Source of the DNA: Octopus vulgaris
Lineage: Eukaryota
DNA: 64,000 bases
Direction: 5' to 3'
NCBI GenBank assembly: GCA_951406725.2
Contig: OX597814.1
Span: 198,772,001 to 198,836,000 of the forward strand
The first letter of the stretch is position 1, and the number at the start of each line of letters is the position of its first letter. The translations under genes and the position numbers were made by a program. Of the stretch, positions 56,597-64,000 are shown in pieces. The notes beneath the pieces were generated by a model. That model saw nothing but the letters and a program-made list of their open reading frames with translations, was not told the origin of the DNA and searched no databases.

Positions 56597-57340
56597 GGCG
56601 GCGAGCTGACAAACCTTAGCGCGCTGGGCAAAATGCTTGGCGATATTTCGTCTGCCGCTACGTTCTGAGTTCAAATTCCGCCAAGGTCGACTTTGCCTTT
56701 CATCCTTTCGGGGTCGATAAATTAAGTACCAGTTACACTCTGGGGTCAATATAATCGACTTAATCCGTTTGTCTGTCCTTGTTCATCCCGTCTGTGTTTA
56801 GCCCCTTGTGGGTAATAAAGAAATAGGTATTTCGTCTGCCGCTACGTTCTGAGTTCAAATTCCGCCGTGGTCGACTTTGCCTTTCATCCTTTCGGGGTCG
56901 ATTAAATAAGTACCAGTTACGCACTGGGGTCGATTTAACCGACTTAATCCCTTTGTCTGTCCTTATTTGTCCCCTTTGTGGGCAATAAAGAAATAAGAAA
57001 CAGTAGCACGTCAGGGAAAATGCATATTTCGTCCGTCCTTACGTTCTGAATTCAAATTCCACCGAGGTCGACTTTGCCTTTTATCCTTTCGAGTCGATAA
57101 ATTGTATACAGGGGTCGTTCTAATCGACTGCTCCCACTCCCCCAAAAGTTCAGGCCTTGCGCCTAGAGAAGAAAAGTATATTTAACAAGGTGAAACGACG
57201 AGCTGGCAGAAACCTTAGCACGCCGGGCAAAATGCTTAGCGATATTTCGTCTGCCGCTAAGTTCTGAGTTCAAATTCCACTGAGGTCGAATTTGCCTTTT
57301 ATCCTTTCGAGGTCGGTAAATTAAGTACCAGTTGCGTATT
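56597..57340 (+). mobile_element. SINE family B trimer plus an adjacent partial copy
   Basis: Three internal units, then a new head at ~57190. Confidence 0.88.
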
Positions 57341-57544
57341 TAATTTACCAGATATCACAAGAAAGAATGTTAGCTGCGACGATGTAATGGAATTGAGAAA
57401 GACTTGCTAACTCGGTTAAAAATGTGAGGCTCGTCCCCTTGGACAAGCAATGATCATGCTCTCTTTATGTTTCAGTTAGAATACTTCCTCTCTCTCCTCG
57501 TGTCTTCATACACACACACATGTCCTCTCACCACCACACATGCT

Positions 57545-57739
57545 GGCATGGCTGTGTGATTAGAAGTTTGCTTCCAAAACAGTAGACTTCAGGTTCAGTC
57601 CCACTGCGTGGCAACTTTGGCTAGCGTATCCTGCTATGACCTCAGGCCGACGAAAACATTGTGAGGGGACTTTTAGACGGAAACTAAAGGAAGCTCGTCA
57701 TATCTATCTATCTATCTGTCTGTCTGTCTGTCTGTCTGC

Positions 57740-57815
<76 letters not shown>

Positions 57816-58020
57816 CTATCTATTTATACATACATAAATATGTTAATGTATGTCTGTGTATGAATGTATATATCTTTGTATGTGTATGTGTTTATTCCCC
57901 ACCGGTATTAGTTTGCTTACTTCCCCATAATTTATTGCGTCGGCAAACCAGTGCATTAGAATAAGGTATTATTCGCTCGATTAAGACCTCTTAAAGCGGT
58001 CCCTTGTGTAGACGCAGTAC
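57545..58020 (+). mobile_element. SINE family C, diverged, internal (TATC)/(TGTC)
   Basis: Matches the reference copy. Confidence 0.75.
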
Positions 58021-58339
58021 AATGATCGAATCAAATAAAGATCAGAGTAAAATCAATGTTTACAATAAACTGAAAGATACTTTGATATCTTTTGATTTTC
58101 TTTGATAAGAATATTTTTGACAGTGACTTCGAAGTTCCGGACTGAAGAGCCATAATCTGACAATAGTATATTTATCTGAGTTGGTTTTATATGGGTTCCG
58201 TTAAATTTAGATTGTCTTGGGTAGGTGGTGCTCTGCTGAATGATATTTAAGTTGCAGGGTAGGTTTTGATGGAGGGATACACTGGAAGATTTTATAGGTT
58301 AAATATGTAGTTGTGGTTCAATCATGGATATTCAATCAT

Positions 58340-59570
58340 GGATGTAGAACTTTGTAATCAGGTGTCTGCACAGGTGTGCATACACAGGTGTTGGAGTGGT
58401 CATTTAGGGTTAACAAAAAATTGTAGATGAGTAAAAGCGTTAGCTTATCTGCAGGTGAGTAGCTAGGTTGTTGTTGATTTTATGTGGGCATTAATAGGAA
58501 ATTTAAGTAGTTTGCTTTGGAAATGTGATAGTTATAGTTCAGAGTTCAGTGCAACATATAAAATTTTGTAATCTGGTGTCTGCACAGGTGTGGGTAGTAA
58601 AGAAATAGGTATTTCGTCTGCCACTACGTTCTGAGTTCAAATTCCGCCGAGGTCGACAATGCCTTTCATCCTTTCGGGGTCGATTAAATAAGTACCAGTT
58701 ACGCACTGGGTTCGATTTAATCGACTTAATCCCTTTGTCCTTATTTGTCCCTTCTGTGTTTGGCCCCTTGTGGGCAATAAAGAAATAAGAAACATTAGCA
58801 CGTCAGGGAAAATGCATATTTCGTCCGTCCTTACGTTCTAAATTCAAATTCCACCGAGGTTGACTTTGCCTTTTATCCTTTCGGGTCGATAAATTAAGTA
58901 TCAGTTGTGTACAGGGGTCGTTCTAATCGACTGCCCCCACTCCCCAAAAATTTCGGGCCTTGTGCCTAGAGAAAAGTGTTCATTTAGGGTTCGCAAAAGA
59001 TTGTAGATGTGTAAAAGGGTTAGCAGTAAAATTTGCTAAACTTGTGCATTATGATACACAAAAAGATGTGTTTAGATAAAAAGGTTATTTGTTTAATAGA
59101 TTTCTTAGCAAAAGGGTCAGCAGGTAAGTAGTTAGGTTGTTGTTGATTGTATGTGAACATTAATAGGAAATTTAAGTTGTTTGCTTTGGAAATATGAAAG
59201 TTATAGTTCAGAGTTCAGTCCAGCATATAAATCTTTGTAATTGGGTGTGTTTATTTACGTGTATCAGGTATTAGGTCACTGAGTCTTTAAGTGTCCCCAT
59301 AAGAATACGTGTAGCCGGAAAGGTTAGTTGGTCAGCAGATTTCTTTACTTCTTGTTTGTGTTATTTAGATCTGACCTTTTTGTTTTGAGGTGGAAGCTAT
59401 TGTTCGGTGTTCAGTCAAGCATATAGAGCTCTGTAATTACGCATGTTTATTTAGTTGTATCAGCTATAATTCATGGTTTTGTTAGAATAGGAATTTGCTA
59501 ATCGTTTGCTTTATGATTCACAAAAGGATGTCTGTAGATAAAAAGGTTATTTGCTTAGTAGATTTCTTGG
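58340..59570. repeat. Degenerate complex tandem repeat interrupted by SINE B (58591-58972)
   Basis: 58451-58572 ~ 59120-59241; 58401-58444 ~ 58981-59024; 59050-59108 ~ 59512-59570. Confidence 0.75.
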
Positions 59571-59769
59571 AGTGAATTATTCTTGATGCTATTTGATTAC
59601 TACTTAGAAAATGTAAACGTTGTGTTATGGGAATATAAAGTTTGTGGACTTCGTTTTTATCAATATTTCTACTATTGAGTAGGTATTAGCAATAATTCTT
59701 ATACAACCTTGGACCTATGAATATATGCAAACAAGAGACATAATTAATGTATGCATGTAATTACATACT

Positions 59770-60150
59770 TTTTATTCTTTCATCTGTTTCTGTCATTTGA
59801 CTGCAGTCATGCAGGAGCACCGCCTTCAGTCGAATAAATTGATACCAGGACTTTGTAAGCCAAGTATTTATTCTATCGGTGTCTTTTCCCGAACCGTTAG
59901 GTTACGGGGCCGGAAACATATCATCATCGGTTGTCAAGTGATGGTGAGGGCGGACAACCTAAAACACACAAACACACAATATACACACATATACATTTAT
60001 ATACGACAGGTTCCGTCAACCAAATCCACTCAAAAGGCTTTGGTCGGCCCGAGGCTTGAGTAGAAAACACTTACTTAAGATGCCACGCAGTGGGATTGAA
60101 CCTGGAACCATGTGGTCGGTAAGCAAGCTACTTACCACACAACCACGCTT
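59770..60150 (-). mobile_element. SINE family C
   Basis: Reverse complement match. Confidence 0.85.
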
Positions 60151-60182
60151 ATATTCAAAGTAAATACACACATAACGAAGAA

Positions 60183-60240
<58 letters not shown>

Positions 60241-60928
60241 GTAAAATATCGGGTATCGAGCTTTTTTAGAAATTTCACTACCAGTGGCCTAGCATGTATG
60301 AAAAGTCAATAGACAAAATATTCTCAATATAAAATAGTGTAGTGTACATTTAAACACAGGAGAAACTGCCTTTAACAGGCAGCTTTACACGCTAGACGAA
60401 GTAGTCAAAACGACCAAAACCACATTTAAGAGCAATTTTGAAGGGAGTGAAAACTAAAAACTTTGACCTTGTTATTTTATTACGGTCATACCCAGATTTC
60501 AAATCATTTTAGCGGGTAAAATAACTTGCTAGACGAAATTCTCATCAGTGACCGTGCCATAACACTAACATATAATTAAGAGATAAATAACACGTGCCTC
60601 ATCGTTATATATTATAACTTTTCAAATTCCCCGCACAAGCGCAGTTTCAGTTGGTAAATTAAAAAAATTAAAACGTATAACGATGAGACACGTGTTATTT
60701 GTAACTTAATTATATGTTAGTATTATGGCGCACTCACTGATGATAATTTCGCCTAGCAAATTATTTTATTCGTTAAAAAACCTTGAAAAGTAGGTATGAC
60801 CGTAATAAAATAAGGTAAAAGTTTTTATTTTTCATTCCCTTCAAAATTGCTCTTAAATGTGGTTTTGGTCGTTTTGACTACTTCTAGCGTGTAAAGCTGC
60901 CTGTTGAAGGCAGTTTTTCTTGTGTTTA
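60241..60928. mobile_element. Fold-back PLE-derived element (arms ~60351-60609 and ~60676-60928)
   Basis: Diverged ~255-bp inverted arms, each with CUGAUGA...GAAA; shared terminal motifs. Confidence 0.85.
60482..60555 (-). ncRNA. Type I hammerhead motif (degenerate mirror at 60730-60803)
   Basis: ACGGUCA-CUGAUGA-GAAUU...GAUUU-GAAA-UCUGGG-UA-UGACCGU; 7-bp perfect stem I. Confidence 0.78.
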
Positions 60929-60989
60929 TATATATATATATATATATGAATAAAAAATGGAGTTAACGCAGGTTTAAACAAGTATTTTT

Positions 60990-61075
60990 ACTTTCGACAC
61001 ATGTTTCGAAAATTCCACTGATACTATTCAAAAGAATAAATGGTATAAACAATGCAATCTTCTCTTCGGGAAAGT
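60990..61075 (-). ncRNA. PLE hammerhead motif, CCGAAGA core
   Basis: ACUUUC-CCGAAGA-GAAGAUU...AAUUUUC-GAAA-CAUGUG-UC-GAAAGU. Confidence 0.8.
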
Positions 61076-61284
61076 GAAAAAAACGAAACTCGTCAATACG
61101 ACATTTTAGCAAAAAATGATGGATTTGTATAGCGATAGACAGAACGCTATTAATATTGTTTAAAAAAACGTTATATGATATAACGTCATAAGTAGCTAAC
61201 AGAAAGAGTAGGGATATTAATAGTGAATGTTAAATATAAAGGAAATTAAAGTTTAAATTATATATAACGATAGAGACTACTTAT

Positions 61285-62745
61285 ATGCACTAAATGTATG
61301 TTTCTGCCAATGCTTACATCTGTATGCTCGTTCTATAACCGTGTTTACTAGAGTATTTTTAGAAAAAATAATGAAAAATAGCTCAGAATTGCAGAGAAGA
61401 CAGAATTTCTTGCCTTTGTCATATGGTATCGAAATTGAGAGGATCAACCATTCTAAATGAAATTGTTCATTGTGGTCTTTTAAATCTCAAATCAGTTTGC
61501 TGAGACCGGTACTATTCCGTTTATTTCTATCCCTAAATGTTGAGTAATGGATAGAAATTCTTTTAGATAACTCTAACGATGTGCTTCCAATGTAAAATCG
61601 TACTTTATTAAGAGTACTGATTATACACTGGTATATAGAATTTTTAATCTTAGAGTTACTTGACATAAATTTAATTCTATTGGAATTGACTTCAGATACA
61701 ATAACCTTGTTATTAATATTTCTAGAGGGCTGGATGGTATTAGCTAAATTAATGTTAGTATTAGTAAATGTATTAATATTTAACAGTTTGTTATTATGAG
61801 AAGATATAATTTGCAAGAGATTTTTTGTGTTTGAAAAACCTATCCTAACCTTATGTGAATTAATTATAGAGTAATATCTAGAATTGTTTGGAAAATTCCT
61901 AGCAGTAGCTTGACGAAACAGCAGTGGGAGATTAGATTTAATTTGTCTCCCGTAAGGAATTATTAACCAAATATTTTTACTAGTATTCATAGCGTAATTA
62001 CTTTTGAAGGTGTTATATTTACTTTTAGATCGATAATAGGGGATTAAATAAGGGTTATCTGCCTTCATTCGCTTTGTATCGGTGCGTAAGTTATGTTTGT
62101 TATCAATAATTCTTTTACGACTAGAAATCTTATCTACATTATTGAATTTACAATTAGACAGCAGAATCAATGTAGAAAATTTTTTCTGTATAACCTGCTT
62201 TGATTAAGGCAGAGTTATAGAATTCAGCGTTATTATTGAAAATATCAACATTAACAGATAATTTAGATAATCTAAATGAAATATTCTTAACTAAATTCTT
62301 AGTAATTGCTCCAGGATGATTACTAAATTTGCTAATGTACTTAAGATTGGTCAACGGTTTATGATATGGGAAGTAAGAGTCACTGTGTAAATTAAGCGTA
62401 ATATCTAAAAAGTTGGCCTTCGTCAGATCGTCATCAAAAACGATTTTTAAGCCCATTCTACTGAAAAAATTAACTAAACTATTCTTAACTTTTTGTACCT
62501 TTTGGTTGGAAACATTTTGGAGGTAAAGTAAACAATCATCACGATATAGACCTCCATAAATGTTAGGGAACTCTTCAGCCATTTCAAAAAGAATATATAT
62601 ACAGACCAAATCAGCTATCTGTGCTGAATCAGAACTTCCCATTGGTATATCGAAACTATCTGGTGTGTCTTTACGGACCCACAACTTATCATCAAATTAA
62701 TAATAGATCTTCTGGCTGCCAACACAACATTAATTTCTTTATAAA
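61285..62745 (-). pseudogene. PLE reverse transcriptase (C-terminal half) plus GIY-YIG endonuclease, disrupted
   Basis: FDIPMGSSDSAQIADLV, GLYRDD, NFLDITLNL, YHKP...SNHP; IYQC...FYIGST, LSKLI*DLK...W...CLLC...CKH; two frameshifts and one stop. Confidence 0.92.
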
Positions 62746-62904
62746 CAAGGAGTTACAACATCTTTACTTGTGAGATTTTTGCTGCCCTGGTAACTATTTA
62801 TTTATTTTTCCGTGTTAATTGTTAACAAGGTAAAAATACGCTCATCTATTTATAATACTTTAATCAGGTTTATTAATAACCTGCTAACTGAATAGTTACA
62901 GCAT

Positions 62905-63253
62905 ATGGAGTTATTGAATATTAACGCATCTCTTAAGGACATTCCTATTCCACCTAAGAATGTTTTCCTTAAACAACTCGTCAATAAGATTAATTCATTC
63001 ATCAACCGAATAAGATGGCTTACCTTTTTCTTTGACAAAAATGACACTCAACAACACACTAATGATAAAACATCTGAGTTCAACAAGTTATTTAAATCTA
63101 AAAATAGTCCGCCGCCTAACCCAAGGTTGAAGCAATTTGAAGATGATCTCTGGTCCATTGTGAGAAATGTAAAATTTCAACGATCACCACTAAGAAATAA
63201 ACATCTGAGGTATCTTCGCAACATCACCAAAGAAATCAATTCTATGGATATAG
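62905..63253 (+). pseudogene. PLE ORF N-terminus, inverted relative to the RT
   Basis: SLKDIPIP...FINRIRW..FF...FKS..SPP...L..FEDDL..IV.NVKF is a typical PLE N-terminal pattern. Confidence 0.82.
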
Positions 63254-63335
63254 AATATTAATAGCGTTCTGTCTATCGCTATACAAATCCATCATTTTTT
63301 GCTAAAATGTCGTATTGACGAGTTTCGTTTTTTTC

Positions 63336-63421
63336 ACTTTCCCGAAGAGAAGATTGCATTGTTTATACCATTTATTCTTTTGAATAGTATCAGTGGAATT
63401 TTCGAAACATGTGTCGAAAGT
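63336..63421 (+). ncRNA. PLE hammerhead motif, CCGAAGA core (second pLTR copy)
   Basis: Identical to 60990-61075. Confidence 0.8.
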
Positions 63422-63626
63422 AAAAATACTTGTTTAAACCTGCGTTAACTCCATTTTTTATTCATATTATTCAAAATATTCAACGTAAACACGAAGTTTC
63501 AACCTTTATAAGTGAGATTTTTGCTGCCCTGGTAACTATTTATTTATTTTTCCGTGTTAATTGTTAACAAGGTAAAAATACACTCATCTCTCTCTTTCTA
63601 TCTCTCTCTCTATATATATATATATA

Positions 63627-63920
63627 CATTAGAAGGTTTGGAGATGATGTACAGGTATCATATATTAGAAGAAATGAGGTACTTATAAATCTGGATGGTT
63701 TTATATTCACAGATATTTATTAGTATGTTACATGTTTTTATAAATCATATATTAGCACTTTCATCCACTCTAGTGGAGTTGACAAATTTGACAACTCCAC
63801 TAGAGTAGACGAAAGCGCTAATATATGATATATGATTTATAAAAACATGTAACATACTAATAAATTTCTGTAAATATAAAACCACCAAGATTTCTGAGTA
63901 CCTCATTTCTTCTAATATAT
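63627..63920. mobile_element. Fold-back element (arms ~63660-63781 and ~63791-63920) whose axis cuts a hammerhead
   Basis: Inverted arms; stem II-GAAA-GCGC-UA half-motif at the centre. Confidence 0.78.
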
Positions 63921-64000
63921 ATATATAGAAAACTGGGAATGTCTGTCTGTTTGTCTGTCTGTCTGTGTGAATCTCTAAAACTTGAGAACTACACAACCGA
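63921..64000 (+). mobile_element. Possible 5' end of a Helitron-like non-autonomous element, cut by the window edge
   Basis: (TA)n-AAAA...AATGTCTGTCTGT...AACTACACAACCGA resembles HINE-type starts. Confidence 0.4.

Larger units (their letters stand above)
60944..63589. mobile_element. Rearranged Penelope-like retroelement with inverted pseudo-LTRs
   Basis: 60944-61157 is the reverse complement of 63254-63467; 62770-62847 repeated at 63512-63589; RT and GIY-YIG remnants. Confidence 0.92.

Noticed and set aside
61487-61489. In-frame TGA in the PLE endonuclease as possible selenocysteine
   Set aside because: It falls at the conserved Trp of the LSK.IW.LK motif (TGG to TGA), and the ORF also has frameshifts

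Overview
This is AT-rich, repeat-saturated eukaryotic DNA, intergenic or intronic. The three abundant tRNA-headed SINE families and the density of (TA)n/(TACA)n/(TATC)n tracts strongly suggest an octopus/cephalopod genome (recognised by eye, not searched). Almost all ORFs in the supplied track are microsatellite or SINE artefacts. Protein-coding remnants I can support: a rearranged Penelope-like retroelement (PLE; RT plus GIY-YIG, 60.9-63.6 kb), smaller PLE endonuclease fragments, a near full-length decayed Hsmar1-like mariner, other Tc1/mariner and pogo relics, and CR1, RTE, L2-like and RLE-type LINE fragments. There is also one candidate host terminal exon. The most striking structure is a set of short, mostly fold-back, (TA)n-embedded PLE-derived elements. 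They carry about a dozen type I hammerhead ribozyme motifs from several families, many with non-canonical cores. Several share a covarying terminal stem-loop, and they stack inside the internal microsatellite of one SINE family. Coordinates were counted by hand and may be off by a few bases. No folding or database search was run.
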